Part shown: in pieces, positions 11,001 through 26,022 of the stretch
How positions within the stretch are numbered: the first letter of the stretch is position 1
Layout: each line of letters starts with the position of its first letter
Origin: Gammaproteobacteria bacterium
GTDB taxonomy: Bacteria > Pseudomonadota > Gammaproteobacteria > JBPCXB01
Assembly (NCBI GenBank): GCA_051008935.1
Contig: JBPCXB010000214.1
Location: 8,866-72,865 of the forward strand
Direction of reading: 5' to 3'
DNA length: 64,000 nt
Program-made: the position numbers and the translations under genes
The notes under the pieces: model-generated
Databases searched by the model: none
The model's input: the letters and a program-made list of their open reading frames with translations, nothing else
What the model was told of the DNA's origin: nothing

Positions 11001-12266
11001 GTGGCTTGCAAAATCGTCATCTCTGGTGGGGGGACCATAGGAGCCTCACTGGCTCTGATCCTGACCCGAACCCTTCCTCAAATTGAAGTACATCTGGTAG
11101 AGCCTCGGCCTGCGGATGCACAGGGCGATTTCTCTTTCTTTGTTAAAGGCGGCGGTAGGGCCTTGGCGCTATCGCAAAGGAGCACAGACATCTTAAAAGA
11201 AGCAGGCGTGTGGCAAAGCGTCCACAAGATCTGCGTCAAACGCATGGAAGTGTTAGATGCTCTCAGTAACGGGCAAATTCACTGGCCACAGCTTTTTCCA
11301 TTCAATAGCCCAGCCACTTTAGACAATAAGCCTCTGGCTTGGATTGTATCGGAGGACCAGTTGCGCTCTGTGCTCTGGAGTGCACTCAGAAACAGCGACC
11401 ATCCAGGTTTGGTACTACACGAGAATCAAACCTTGGTTGGTTTTTCCCAGACCAGCCAGCTCGTCAAATGCCAACTCAGTTCAGACGAAACTTTAATGGC
11501 GCATTTAGCCATCGGCGCTGATGGAACGCACTCGCCATTACGTAGCTTGGCCCAAATCCCCGTTACTGAACGCATAACTGGACAATCTGTACTCGTAGCC
11601 TCTATCCAGACATCGCGCTCGCATGACAACACGGCCAAACAAATCTTTACGCCTTCAGGCCCTATCGGACTGCTGCCCCTAACTATAGACGGCGATGACC
11701 ACTGGTACCACATGATCTGGTCTGCACCCTCAGATCAAATCAATGCACTGGCCGGTCTCGGGTTTCAGGATTTTGCCCGCGCCTTTGCCCATGCTGCGGA
11801 CGGTATCGTTGGGGATTGTCTCTGGACCAGCAACGCCAAAAAAATTCCCATTAATATTCGCACATCTGAAACAATATGTGCATCCGGGCTGGCTCTGGTT
11901 GGCGATGCCGCACAGAATTTGCATCCTTTGATGGGGCAAGGGTTCAATTTAGCACTGGCAGATGTACTCTGCTTGTGCCACATGCTGAGAGCAGAACTGA
12001 GCCAGCAGCCTCCAGCCTCCATCCAACCGGCATTGCAGCGCTACCAGAGGCATCGAGCTTTCGAACATTGCCTTTGGAGCCAGACGGCTCATGCACTATT
12101 AAGTCTGTTTACCGACCGCAAACCCGCGCCCTCTTTGTACACTTGGGCATCGGGCGTTGCTATGAATGCCGCTCTGTCCGTTCCCGGCGTGACAAATCTG
12201 CTGCAAGACTTTGCTGCTGGAGATGTCCGGCTCTGGCAACGCTCGTCCGATACAGATTCAGGCTAA
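11001..12266 (+). CDS. ubiH: FAD-dependent ubiquinone-biosynthesis monooxygenase (UbiH/UbiF family)
   Basis: Rossmann FAD-binding N-terminus (IVISGGGTIGASLAL) and GDAAQNLHPLMGQGFNLALAD motif. The pepP-ubiH adjacency matches E. coli. GTG start. Confidence 0.75.
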   Translation: MACKIVISGGGTIGASLALILTRTLPQIEVHLVEPRPADAQGDFSFFVKGGGRALALSQRSTDILKEAGVWQSVHKICVKRMEVLDALSNGQIHWPQLFPFNSPATLDNKPLAWIVSEDQLRSVLWSALRNSDHPGLVLHENQTLVGFSQTSQLVKCQLSSDETLMAHLAIGADGTHSPLRSLAQIPVTERITGQSVLVASIQTSRSHDNTAKQIFTPSGPIGLLPLTIDGDDHWYHMIWSAPSDQINALAGLGFQDFARAFAHAADGIVGDCLWTSNAKKIPINIRTSETICASGLALVGDAAQNLHPLMGQGFNLALADVLCLCHMLRAELSQQPPASIQPALQRYQRHRAFEHCLWSQTAHALLSLFTDRKPAPSLYTWASGVAMNAALSVPGVTNLLQDFAAGDVRLWQRSSDTDSG

Positions 12267-12364
12267 AAAAGCAGCAGCAAAGTCTCACCACCCCGTATAA
12301 AATAAGCAGGAAGTGATCGTTCAGCTAATCAGCTGACTTTATTGGTGCTGTAGCTAAGAATACT

Positions 12365-12601
12365 ATGTCAAGAATCTGTCAGGTGACTGGGAAACGCCCT
12401 CTGGTAGGGATGCGCGTCTCACATGCGCATAACCGTACTAAGCGCCGCTTCCTACCGAACCTTCACCGAAAAAAATTCTGGCTAGCCTCAGAGAAACGCT
12501 GGGTTGCACTTCGCGTGTCTAACAAAGGCCTCAGAATCATCGACCGAAATGGTATTGAGCAGGTAGTTTTAACACTCCGGGCCCAAGGCCAAAAAATCTG
12601 A
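12365..12601 (+). CDS. rpmB: 50S ribosomal protein L28
   Basis: [12 protein letters not shown]...RRFLPNL...SEKRWV matches L28 essentially end to end. Confidence 0.95.
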   Translation: MSRICQVTGKRPLVGMRVSHAHNRTKRRFLPNLHRKKFWLASEKRWVALRVSNKGLRIIDRNGIEQVVLTLRAQGQKI

Positions 12602-12620
12602 AGACACAGGACCTGAACCC

Positions 12621-12785
12621 ATGCGAGAAAAAGTAAAGCTCGTATCTACAGCAGATACTGGCTATTTTTATACAACGGATATCAATAAAAAAGCCCGCCA
12701 GCAGGGGCAACAAAAGCTGTCCGTGAAAAAATACGACCCCAAAGTACGTAAGCACGTCCTTTTCAAAGAAGAAAAGATGAAATAG
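12621..12785 (+). CDS. rpmG: 50S ribosomal protein L33
   Basis: 54-aa ORF ([24 protein letters not shown]...[18 protein letters not shown]), below the ORF-track length cutoff, immediately after rpmB as in the rpmBG operon. Confidence 0.9.
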   Translation: MREKVKLVSTADTGYFYTTDINKKARQQGQQKLSVKKYDPKVRKHVLFKEEKMK

Positions 12786-12830
12786 ATAGATCTACGCCGG
12801 ATCTACACTGCAGCTTAAGTTTGCAAAAAA

Positions 12831-13448
12831 TTGCCTACCATCCTTTATCTGGCGTCGCAATCTTTCAGACGCCGGCAATTGCTCAGCGAACTGGGAATCC
12901 AATTTGAGTTGCTTGAAAACTCCATTGATGAAAGCCGCAAAGAGAACGAACCCCCCAAGGTAATGGCCGGCCGGCTGGCAACAGAAAAGGCAACCAGTGC
13001 CTGGCCCAAAGCTTTGCAAGTACATCAGGGAGACTCGCGGGAAGCAATACTGCTGGCTGCAGACACTCTGGTTGATCTGGATGGCGAACCTATCGGCAAA
13101 CCCGACGGTCACGAAGAAGCTAGAGAGATACTCCAGCGGCTTTGTAAGACTCCGCACCTGATCCATACGGCCATTGCGGTACTGAACGTGTCTCAAGGCC
13201 TATCCAGCCTAACGCTGGAAACCAGCACCACCCGAGTCTTTATGAAAGAACCTGCCCCCGGCTGGGTTGACTACTGCGCCTCTGTGCCAGAAGCCTTAAA
13301 TTGCGCAGGCGGCTATGCGATTCAAGGAGCTGCTGGGCCGCTAGTGGAGCGCATTGAAGGCTGCTTCTATACAGTGGTAGGCTTGCCTTTGGCAAAAAGC
13401 TGCACTTTGCTACAGTCTTTCGGTGTGCCGATCCTGAAATCAATTTAG
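12831..13448 (+). CDS. maf: Maf-family nucleoside-triphosphate pyrophosphatase
   Basis: LYLASQSFRRRQLL...DE, ...ILLAADTLV... Maf signature. TTG start assumed. Confidence 0.8.
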   Translation: MPTILYLASQSFRRRQLLSELGIQFELLENSIDESRKENEPPKVMAGRLATEKATSAWPKALQVHQGDSREAILLAADTLVDLDGEPIGKPDGHEEAREILQRLCKTPHLIHTAIAVLNVSQGLSSLTLETSTTRVFMKEPAPGWVDYCASVPEALNCAGGYAIQGAAGPLVERIEGCFYTVVGLPLAKSCTLLQSFGVPILKSI

Positions 13449-13489
13449 CTGCGAGCAGCTAAGCGGAAAAACCCGCAGCAATCCTCCGA

Positions 13490-13954
13490 TTACTTTTTTG
13501 CGTACACCAGTTTCAAAGTGCTGCTGGCCTTGACGATCAGCCGATCACGCTCCGCCTCTGGATCCTTCTGATACAGTTCAGCCTCTAGATACGCAATGGA
13601 CTTGCCTACTTTTAGTGGCCAGGCTCTGGCACGCAGTTCACCGGGATGAGCGGGTGCTAAAAAACTCACTTTCAATTCTAGCGTAGGCGTAGCTAGCAGA
13701 CCTTGTGGGCGAAGTAGTACCATGCAGCAGTGCGCCATGGTAGCGTCTACCATACCTGAGACAAAGCCTCCTTGGACAATCGTTTCCGAATGGCAAAATG
13801 CTGGCTCTGCCCGATAACTCATCCACAGGGATTGTGATTCCTGCTCAAAAGACACAATGCGTCCATTTAAGGTCTGGATACAGGGTGGCAATGCCTGATT
13901 GATCTGGTCAAGGCGCTTAGAAAGCTCTGTATCCATATAGGTACCTGCTCGCAA
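13490..13954 (-). CDS. PaaI/YbgC-type hotdog-fold thioesterase
   Basis: Size and GGFVSGMVDATMAH...hotdog core typical of PaaI-family thioesterases. Confidence 0.6.
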   Translation of the reverse strand: MRAGTYMDTELSKRLDQINQALPPCIQTLNGRIVSFEQESQSLWMSYRAEPAFCHSETIVQGGFVSGMVDATMAHCCMVLLRPQGLLATPTLELKVSFLAPAHPGELRARAWPLKVGKSIAYLEAELYQKDPEAERDRLIVKASSTLKLVYAKK

Positions 13955-13997
13955 ACAATATTTTGTACTTCAATATGCGCAAGACAGCGCAAAGCGC

Positions 13998-15608
13998 TCA
14001 GCTACGCCGCATCGCTTCAAAAAACTCTTCGTTGTTCTTCGTTTCTTTCAGCCGTTCCAGTAAGAATTCGGTCGCAGCAATATCATCCATGGAGTGAAGC
14101 ACCTGGCGCAACAACCTAATGTGCTGCAATTCATCTTCGGTCAGTAACAGCTCTTCTTTACGGGTGCCTGAACGACGTACACTAATTGCTGGGAATACCC
14201 GTTTCTCAGCGATGCGGCGCTCTAAATGCAGTTCCAGATTACCGGTGCCTTTGAATTCTTCGTATATTACTTCATCCATTTTGGAACCTGTCTCGATCAG
14301 GGCAGTTGCCAAAATAGTCAGGCTGCCTCCTTCTTCCACGTTACGCGCAGAGCCGAAGAAACGTTTAGGGCGCTCTAACGCATAGGCATCGACTCCCCCA
14401 GTCAAGATACGGCCTGAAGCAGGCTGCACCGTGTTGTATGCACGTGCAAGCCGAGTAATGGAATCTAATAAGATGATCACATCCTTGCCGGCTTCAACCA
14501 ACCTTTTGGCCTGGCCATTGACCATTTCGGCTACCTGTACATGACGGTGGGCCGATTCATCAAAAGTACTGGCAATCACCTGGCCACGCACGGATCGCTG
14601 CATTTCCGTCACTTCTTCAGGGCGCTCATCGATCAACAGTACAATCAAATGACTTTCGGGGTTATTGCGCTCTATGGCGTGCGCAATATTCTGCAAAATA
14701 ATAGTCTTTCCAGCTTTGGGCGGCGAAACTATCAGGCCACGCTGGCCTTTACCAACTGGAGCAACCAGATCAATGATACGGCCTGCCACATCCATGGTAT
14801 TCTTCTGGCCCGTCTCCAATTTCAAGCGCTCTTGGGGAAACAAAGGGGTCAGATTCTCAAACAGAACTTTCTTGCCCCCTCTGCTTGGCTCTTCACCATT
14901 AATAGACTTGACTTCAACCAAAGAGAAAAAGCGCTCTTTCTCTTTAGGGCTGCGCAAAACACCAGAGATAACATCGCCCATACGTAGCTGGAAATTACGC
15001 ACCAGGTTGGCCGGCACAAACACCCCGTCTGCCCCCGCATGAAATGAATTATGGACGGAACGCAAAAATGCTTGATTGCCCGGTTGTATCTCCAGAACCC
15101 CTTCCACTTCCAAACGATTGCCCTGCTGGACCAAGGCCTTGGCGACCTGAAACAGAATGTCTTGACGTTTCTGCCGGAAGTTGCCTTTGACACCAAGTTC
15201 TTCGCAACATTCAATCAATTCTTTGATCGACTTCTGCTTATAGGGATTTAGATTAACAAGGGGTTTAGCAGCTTCTAGCTCGCGCTCGGCTTGCCTCTCC
15301 CGCGCCGAGATTTGCACACTGGGTATATGTTTACGGTCAGTAGGCTTTGATTTACCACGTCGAGGCTGCGTTTTTCGGAATCTGCGCGGTGCGTTCTCAT
15401 CGGATGATCCCCCCTCTCTACTCTGTCTGCCCTGATTAACAGGAGGTTCTGAATGCATAGATTGCGTACTCTCTTCCACTAAAGGTTGCGGATCTGAAGT
15501 ACCAGAGGCGGCTTGCTGCTCCGAGGGGCTGGCAGCCGACGAGGCTGGAGATACAGAGTCTGATGCAGTAGCAGCATCCTGCCTGAATCCATCGTTTTCA
15601 GACATCAT
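13998..15608 (-). CDS. rho: Transcription termination factor Rho with a ~115-aa low-complexity N-terminal extension
   Basis: Collinear with E. coli Rho from the N-terminal helical bundle/OB fold ([15 protein letters not shown]) through the P-loop ATPase core ([30 protein letters not shown]-loop/Q-loop regions). Preceded by an S/A/Q/P-rich then R/K-rich tail. Confidence 0.92.
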   Translation of the reverse strand: MMSENDGFRQDAATASDSVSPASSAASPSEQQAASGTSDPQPLVEESTQSMHSEPPVNQGRQSREGGSSDENAPRRFRKTQPRRGKSKPTDRKHIPSVQISARERQAERELEAAKPLVNLNPYKQKSIKELIECCEELGVKGNFRQKRQDILFQVAKALVQQGNRLEVEGVLEIQPGNQAFLRSVHNSFHAGADGVFVPANLVRNFQLRMGDVISGVLRSPKEKERFFSLVEVKSINGEEPSRGGKKVLFENLTPLFPQERLKLETGQKNTMDVAGRIIDLVAPVGKGQRGLIVSPPKAGKTIILQNIAHAIERNNPESHLIVLLIDERPEEVTEMQRSVRGQVIASTFDESAHRHVQVAEMVNGQAKRLVEAGKDVIILLDSITRLARAYNTVQPASGRILTGGVDAYALERPKRFFGSARNVEEGGSLTILATALIETGSKMDEVIYEEFKGTGNLELHLERRIAEKRVFPAISVRRSGTRKEELLLTEDELQHIRLLRQVLHSMDDIAATEFLLERLKETKNNEEFFEAMRRS

Positions 15609-15690
15609 TTCGATTTCCTATTCCAGTAAAGCATGTTTGAGAGCAGGTGTAAGCTGAGGCTACTAGACAGACCGGATTCATCTCGGGTGG

Positions 15691-16023
15691 TCAGCGCGCT
15701 TCATCAATAAATTCTTTCAGTTCTTTCTTATTGGCAGCACCTAAACGCTGACCAACCATTTTGCCACCGACAAAAATGCAAAGGGTAGGGATGGCACGGA
15801 TTTGGTATTTCTGTGCCAAATTCTGTTGCTGATCGACGTCCACTTTACCGATCATCAAGCTGTCCGGATGCTCACTTGCCAAATCTTCAAGAACAGGCGC
15901 AATGGCTTTGCAGGGGCCACACCATTCAGCCCAAAAGTCAACCAGTAACGGCTTTTCTGCGGTGGCGTTCTCGCAAGTTGTATCAAAATTATCTGAGGTC
16001 AATTCCAGTATATTGTCTGGCAT
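15691..16023 (-). CDS. trxA: Thioredoxin 1
   Basis: WAEWCGPCK active site; 110 aa. The trxA-rho adjacency is conserved. Confidence 0.9.
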   Translation of the reverse strand: MPDNILELTSDNFDTTCENATAEKPLLVDFWAEWCGPCKAIAPVLEDLASEHPDSLMIGKVDVDQQQNLAQKYQIRAIPTLCIFVGGKMVGQRLGAANKKELKEFIDEAR

Positions 16024-16176
16024 GGGAAGCCTCCTGCTAACACTAATTTAAGTACAAGATAGATCAAAAATATTTGCCCTGCAAACAATACCACTTCTGC
16101 CTCTGAAAAAACGGCTCACGTCCGTGAAGAAAAGAAGGGAGGGGGAAAGACCAGAGAGTACGTCTCGGGTGCAAAA

Positions 16177-17202
<1,026 letters not shown>

Positions 17203-17288
17203 TCACTAAACCTCTTTTGATCAGTAAGCCTTAATAATAACCAGTCCGGAGCTGGTATGGCCCTCTTACATCCTCATTAATAACCTCA

Positions 17289-18428
17289 TTGCGCTGCAAA
17301 TACCATCCTATGAAACCCGAACAAAAGATCAAATATTCCCCGCTGAAACAGCTTCACGACGAGTACAAAGCCCAAACAATTACCTTTGCAGGGTGGGAAA
17401 TGCCACTCTCATATACTGGCATCATCAACGAACATTTACATACCCGCAGCCAAGCTTCTCTGTTCGATGTATCGCATATGGGCCAACTGCGACTGACAGG
17501 CACCAACCCGCTTAGAGGGTTGGAACAATTATCTCCTTCTGATTTAGTCGGCCTCAAACCGATGACACAACGCTACACCCTGCTTTTAAACCAGCAAGGA
17601 GGTGCCGAAGATGACTGTATGATTGGCCGCGCCTGCCTAGAAGAGGAGACTTTTGTCTGGATGGTTGTGAACGCTGCACAAACAGCTCATGATCTGGAAA
17701 TACTCAGAGCCCATCTGACAGATACATGCCAACTTGAGCTTTGGGCCGACCGGGCGTTGCTGGCGCTACAAGGTCCAGCATCCGTTCGGGTTATGAGTAA
17801 ATTCTGCCCTCAAGCAGCAGAGATGCGCCCTATGGATTTGCGGGCCGCCCAGATCCAAGAGCGACCCTGTCTAATTGCCACAAGCGGCTATACAGGCGAG
17901 CTAGGATATGAAATTTCCTGCTATCGTCAGCATGCCTATGAAATCGCTTCTTTGCTAGTGAATGAAGAGGAAGTGCAACTGGCAGGGCTAGGAGCCCGTG
18001 ACTCACTGCGCCTCGAAGCGGGCCTTTGTCTTTATGGACAGGATTTGCGCGCAGATACGACACCTGTAGAAGCTCAGTTGAAATGGCTGATTGCACCAGC
18101 CAGAAGACAGGGTGGTGAACGAGAAGGCGGTTTTCTAGGTGCAGAACGGATCTTTGAGCAGCTCCGTAACGGCACTACCAGACGCCGCACGGGTTTTAAG
18201 GTGGAAGGCAGGATACCAGTCCGACAAGGAGCCGCCGTGCTGAACGGCGATGGCATCCAAGTCGGTGAAGTTACCAGCGGCGGTTTTGCCCCCAGTCTGA
18301 ACGCCCCTTACGCCATGGGTTACATCCAAACCGATGCCCATGATGCAAACGCCCGTTTCCACACCCAAGTCCGCAACCGGCAGATTAATCTGCAGCTGAC
18401 TCGACCGGCCCAAATCAAAAATACTTGA
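17289..18428 (+). CDS. gcvT: Glycine-cleavage-system aminomethyltransferase (T protein)
   Basis: ITFAGWEMPLSY, ASLFDVSHMGQLRL and GYTGELGYEIS motifs. The start may instead be the ATG at 17310. Confidence 0.85.
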   Translation: MRCKYHPMKPEQKIKYSPLKQLHDEYKAQTITFAGWEMPLSYTGIINEHLHTRSQASLFDVSHMGQLRLTGTNPLRGLEQLSPSDLVGLKPMTQRYTLLLNQQGGAEDDCMIGRACLEEETFVWMVVNAAQTAHDLEILRAHLTDTCQLELWADRALLALQGPASVRVMSKFCPQAAEMRPMDLRAAQIQERPCLIATSGYTGELGYEISCYRQHAYEIASLLVNEEEVQLAGLGARDSLRLEAGLCLYGQDLRADTTPVEAQLKWLIAPARRQGGEREGGFLGAERIFEQLRNGTTRRRTGFKVEGRIPVRQGAAVLNGDGIQVGEVTSGGFAPSLNAPYAMGYIQTDAHDANARFHTQVRNRQINLQLTRPAQIKNT

Positions 18429-18446
18429 TGCCGAACCAGTAGCAGA

Positions 18447-22216
<3,770 letters not shown>

Positions 22217-22225
22217 CTCAGATTA

Positions 22226-23356
22226 TTACAGCCGAAGGGGCATCAGCACATATCGCAAGTCATCTCGCTCGGGGTCACGAATATCTACACTATCTGCGTC
22301 TGATCTTAAAGCATATTCTACTAAGGGGCCTGAAATATTTTCAAGAATCGCAAGCTGATAACTGACATTAAAGCCAATGCGTGCCTCTTGTCCATCAAAA
22401 TTCACGCTCAAAGAATCTTCAGCCTCTTCACCAATCTGATTCGTGGTTTTCAACTGGATTCGGTCCTTGGCAACTTCCCAACTGATGGCGCCATCTTTAC
22501 CTGCAATCACTTCGACACGTTGCAGGGCCGCTTTTAATTGTTCTACATCAATCATCAGGGTGCGAGCAGTACTGCGATCAGGCAACACCCGCTCGTAATC
22601 TGGATAGGTACCGCTGATCAAAACCGACTGGAGCTCTTGACGACCTATCTTGAAGAGCACGGATTGCTCTTGAAACACGACCTGACACAGAGGGGCACCG
22701 TCCTTATCGGTACTACTGGCAGAGTGATTCAAAATATAGACCATCTCTGCTACGGCTTTCTGAGGCACAATAGCTTGGATATCCTGAGAAATCTTGAAAT
22801 CACCTTGCCACTGCACCCATGCCAGCCGGTGCGTATCGGTAGCTACAGCTATCAGGGCGTCCTTCTTCAGATGCAACAAGGTGCCTTTTAGGTATTGACG
22901 AAAATCGTTCGACGAGATGCAACAGCTAGTCCGCTCAAACAATTCCAGCAAGGCATTGGCGGGAATTTCCAGCTGACACGCTGCATCCGTAGAGGAATTA
23001 GGCAGTGGAAAGCGTTCTGGATCCAGACTGGACAGATTAAACCGTGAACCTGCAACTACTACTTCTACTTTGGCATCTAACATTTGAAAAGCCAGCGTAG
23101 CACCTGCGGGCGCCAAACGACAGATACTGAGTAGTTTGGCGGCAGGCAACAGCATCTTGCCAGGCGTTTCGGTATCTACAGGCACTGTGGTCTGGAGTGT
23201 GCACTGGCCATCGCTGGCCGTCATGCTCAACTCGGAGCCATCGCCATCGATACGCAACAACACATGTTCAAAAGTCTCTTGCGGCCCTTTCGTAGAAACG
23301 CGCACTGCCGATTGCAGGGCAGGTAATAATGCCTCGCGCCTGAGTTGGAATTTCAT
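22226..23356 (-). CDS. dnaN: DNA polymerase III beta sliding clamp
   Basis: ~376 aa with three-domain clamp organisation. Position between dnaA and recF with 4-nt overlaps. Confidence 0.9.
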   Translation of the reverse strand: MKFQLRREALLPALQSAVRVSTKGPQETFEHVLLRIDGDGSELSMTASDGQCTLQTTVPVDTETPGKMLLPAAKLLSICRLAPAGATLAFQMLDAKVEVVVAGSRFNLSSLDPERFPLPNSSTDAACQLEIPANALLELFERTSCCISSNDFRQYLKGTLLHLKKDALIAVATDTHRLAWVQWQGDFKISQDIQAIVPQKAVAEMVYILNHSASSTDKDGAPLCQVVFQEQSVLFKIGRQELQSVLISGTYPDYERVLPDRSTARTLMIDVEQLKAALQRVEVIAGKDGAISWEVAKDRIQLKTTNQIGEEAEDSLSVNFDGQEARIGFNVSYQLAILENISGPLVEYALRSDADSVDIRDPERDDLRYVLMPLRL

Positions 23357-24663
23357 AAGATACGTACGTTTTCCTGCAGTTCTCTCAATTCACCAGCGAG
23401 AGTGGTATCCTCATCGCATTCTGTTCCTATTTTCCTGCACGCATACATCACGGTACTGTGATCTCTCCCTCCCATAATTGAACCAATCTCAGGGAAACTC
23501 TTATCTGTCAACTGGCGCAGCAAATACATCCCTATCTGTCTTGCTTTGGCTACTTGCCGAGTGCGCCGTTTCGACAGGATCTCCGCCACTCCTACATTAT
23601 AGTATTTCGATACCAGCTCTAGAATGCTATCGGCATTGAGCACAGCTTGGCTACCGACTTGCTCTGTTACAGCCTCCGAGACCAGCTGGCTTATTGGAAT
23701 GGTGTTACTAGAAATCTGGAGGCGGTTACGGATCTGAGCCAATATACCGTGCAGGCTACGCACATCGGAAACAGCATCGACAATGCTGGATACACAATCG
23801 TCTGGGATGGTTAGATACATCTTTTGAATCTTATCCTGCAGAACGCGCTTCTTCATATCACGATCGGGTAAATCGACCTTAACTTTCAGGCTGCGATTAA
23901 ACCGGGCACGCAAATTGGCATCAATCTGCTCTTGGCTGCTAGGGTTGGTATTACAAGTCATGGCCAAAAGCCCGGAACTCTTCTCTACCAGATGGTTGTA
24001 GATGTGCGACAACTCTTCTTGGGTACGTTTTTTGGCGTTCATAAAGTGCAGATCGTCCAACAACAGCAGATCCAACCCACTGAAGCGGGCTCTGAAACTG
24101 CTGACCTCTCCAGTCTTGATGGCGTGGAACATCTGTTGAAAGAAATCCGGGACCGTCTCATAGCGTATCTTCAAATCTGGGTTCAGTTCCAGCGCCTTGT
24201 TGCCGATTGCATGGAGCAGATGCGTCTTGCCCACACCGCAAGGGCCATAAATGAGCAAAGGGTTGATATCGAGTCTACGGGTACCACCCATAGTAAAGGG
24301 TTGCAAGCTGGCCTTTGCCGCATTGATTGCGCTCTGATTAGCTAGGCCCGAGATATAGTTGGCAAAATTCAAATCGGGCAAAAGATTGACATCTTCTTCG
24401 ATCGGCTTGTTTTCACCTGTGTAGGCAAAACTCATGTTGATGTTTGGAGCCACCCGGTCGATGGCCTCTGCTACATCTTTGGCATAGAAGCCATTGGCTG
24501 CCATGTAATTGTTGTAATCAGAGATCCCTAGCACCATTCTTCCTGATTGTGCTTGCGCGATTTTGATATCCGCAAACATCCGAAAATGCGAGTCAGGAAC
24601 AGATTGCTTCAAGATCTGTTTGGCTTTGTCCCAAATTTCTGTATATTCATTCAGCTGCGTCAT
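23353..24663 (-). CDS. dnaA: Chromosomal replication initiator DnaA
   Basis: AAA+ core GPCGVGKTHLLHAIGN, LLLDDLHF, and C-terminal DnaA-box-binding HTH (DHSTVMYACRKI). Confidence 0.92.
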   Translation of the reverse strand: MTQLNEYTEIWDKAKQILKQSVPDSHFRMFADIKIAQAQSGRMVLGISDYNNYMAANGFYAKDVAEAIDRVAPNINMSFAYTGENKPIEEDVNLLPDLNFANYISGLANQSAINAAKASLQPFTMGGTRRLDINPLLIYGPCGVGKTHLLHAIGNKALELNPDLKIRYETVPDFFQQMFHAIKTGEVSSFRARFSGLDLLLLDDLHFMNAKKRTQEELSHIYNHLVEKSSGLLAMTCNTNPSSQEQIDANLRARFNRSLKVKVDLPDRDMKKRVLQDKIQKMYLTIPDDCVSSIVDAVSDVRSLHGILAQIRNRLQISSNTIPISQLVSEAVTEQVGSQAVLNADSILELVSKYYNVGVAEILSKRRTRQVAKARQIGMYLLRQLTDKSFPEIGSIMGGRDHSTVMYACRKIGTECDEDTTLAGELRELQENVRIL

Positions 24664-24743
24664 TAATTACTATCTCCTGCCCGACTTTTGTGTAATTTCT
24701 GTGTGGCTCTCTACACACCCTCATCAGTAGTGCTAAAAAGTCC

Positions 24744-24773
24744 TTACTTTTCTCTTGCTATCTGCTATCTTGC
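24744..24773. repeat. Perfect tandem duplication of a 15-bp unit (cttgctatctgctat x2) in the dnaA upstream region
   Basis: Read directly: 24744-24758 equals 24759-24773. The nested 7-mer tgctatc occurs four times in 30 bp. Confidence 0.9.
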
Positions 24774-25570
24774 TATCTGCTATTCACATACCTCTTCTTG
24801 CTTGTTCAGTCTGTCAAAAAAAAGTGTGAGCGTCAACGAACAAATCTGGGAATACTTGATGAGAACTGCTCAAACAACATAGAAGTCAAACAGTTATTCC
24901 AATTTGAACCGCTGTGCTTCGCATTCTTAAAACTTCCTCTGCGCACTCCAAAACACCTCATTTTTACAGGCTTTTCATTGCAGAATCCTGCATTGGCACA
25001 GCCTGTCTGTAGCGCATAGGAGCGGCGACAAACAAGACCAAGTGCAGAAAATATACGAATATGATCTATAGATTTATTATGCATATTTACAAAGATTAAG
25101 GAACAGGCGCATACAGTAAGCCATCTTTGTTGGATAATTGGAGACGCTATCCGGCACATGAGCCGGAGCAGCAATTCCTGCCGCATTTATTTCCCTTGAT
25201 CCCACTTGGCCCACTTTGTCCCTGTCAGTTCCCTTGTCTGTCTGTGATCTGACTTCCAGAGCCACATCCAAACAACTGCTTCAATCTGATTTTACTACTC
25301 TTACTTACAACCCCTAAGTTTCCAAGGTGAAGAAAAAGCAAGAAATATGTTGATTTTCAGGTATATAACACCAAGCAATCCTGTTCATTTCCAGGATATA
25401 TCCTGTGGGTTATTTGTTGATTACCTCGAAGCGAAGGCGCATCCGATACAAAAAATAACCATTTTTGACATAAAACACCCCGTCTTCTATCGCAAGGGTG
25501 TCAACAGACTGCTGGTCTAAGCGTCTATTTTCTCTGTACCGGCATCATTTTCCAGCAAATGCGCCTATTT

Positions 25571-25993
25571 TTAAGAAGCGATTCTGGCTGTAGCGTAACC
25601 TGAAAGTACTATTTCGTCCTGTTGATTGCGCGTGTTCAATTCCAGTTCCACAATACGCTCCTGACCCACCTGCTGAATCCCTGTGACTGTAGCAGTGGCC
25701 TTCAGATCATCACCGGGCCAAACCTGACGGGTAAAACGTACGCCGAATGAGCGCAAATTAGCAAGCCCTACATAATCTGTGAGCATCTTTCCAGTCAGCC
25801 CCATGGTCAGCATGCCATGTGCAAAAACACTGGGATAGCCTGCTACCTGAGTCGCAAATACTTCATCTGTATGAATCGGATTGTAGTCTCCGGATGCGCC
25901 AGCATACTGCACAATCTGTGTACGCGTCAGGTTTTCCACCACAGCTGCGACGTGCTCCTGTCCCACAGATAGATCTTGTTCTTTAAGCATCAT
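25571..25993 (-). CDS. MaoC-family (R)-specific enoyl-CoA hydratase/dehydratase, hotdog fold
   Basis: YAGASGDYNPIHTDEVFA hydratase motif; 140 aa. Confidence 0.7.
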   Translation of the reverse strand: MMLKEQDLSVGQEHVAAVVENLTRTQIVQYAGASGDYNPIHTDEVFATQVAGYPSVFAHGMLTMGLTGKMLTDYVGLANLRSFGVRFTRQVWPGDDLKATATVTGIQQVGQERIVELELNTRNQQDEIVLSGYATARIAS

Positions 25994-26022
25994 CTCCTCC
26001 TGGCTATGATTGATTGCATCTT

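Noticed and set aside
14119-15251. Plus-strand ORFs inside rho (14119-14385, 14541-14987, 14665-15042, 15051-15251) and 14849-15214-
   Set aside because: They lie antisense to or in alternate frames of the strongly conserved rho gene.
24688-25271. Short ORFs in the dnaA upstream region (24688-24882+, 24798-25019+, 24833-25186-, 25077-25271-)
   Set aside because: They sit in an AT-rich regulatory region. They have no RBS or conservation signal. I looked for rpmH, the usual dnaA neighbour, and did not find its MKRTFQPS... sequence.
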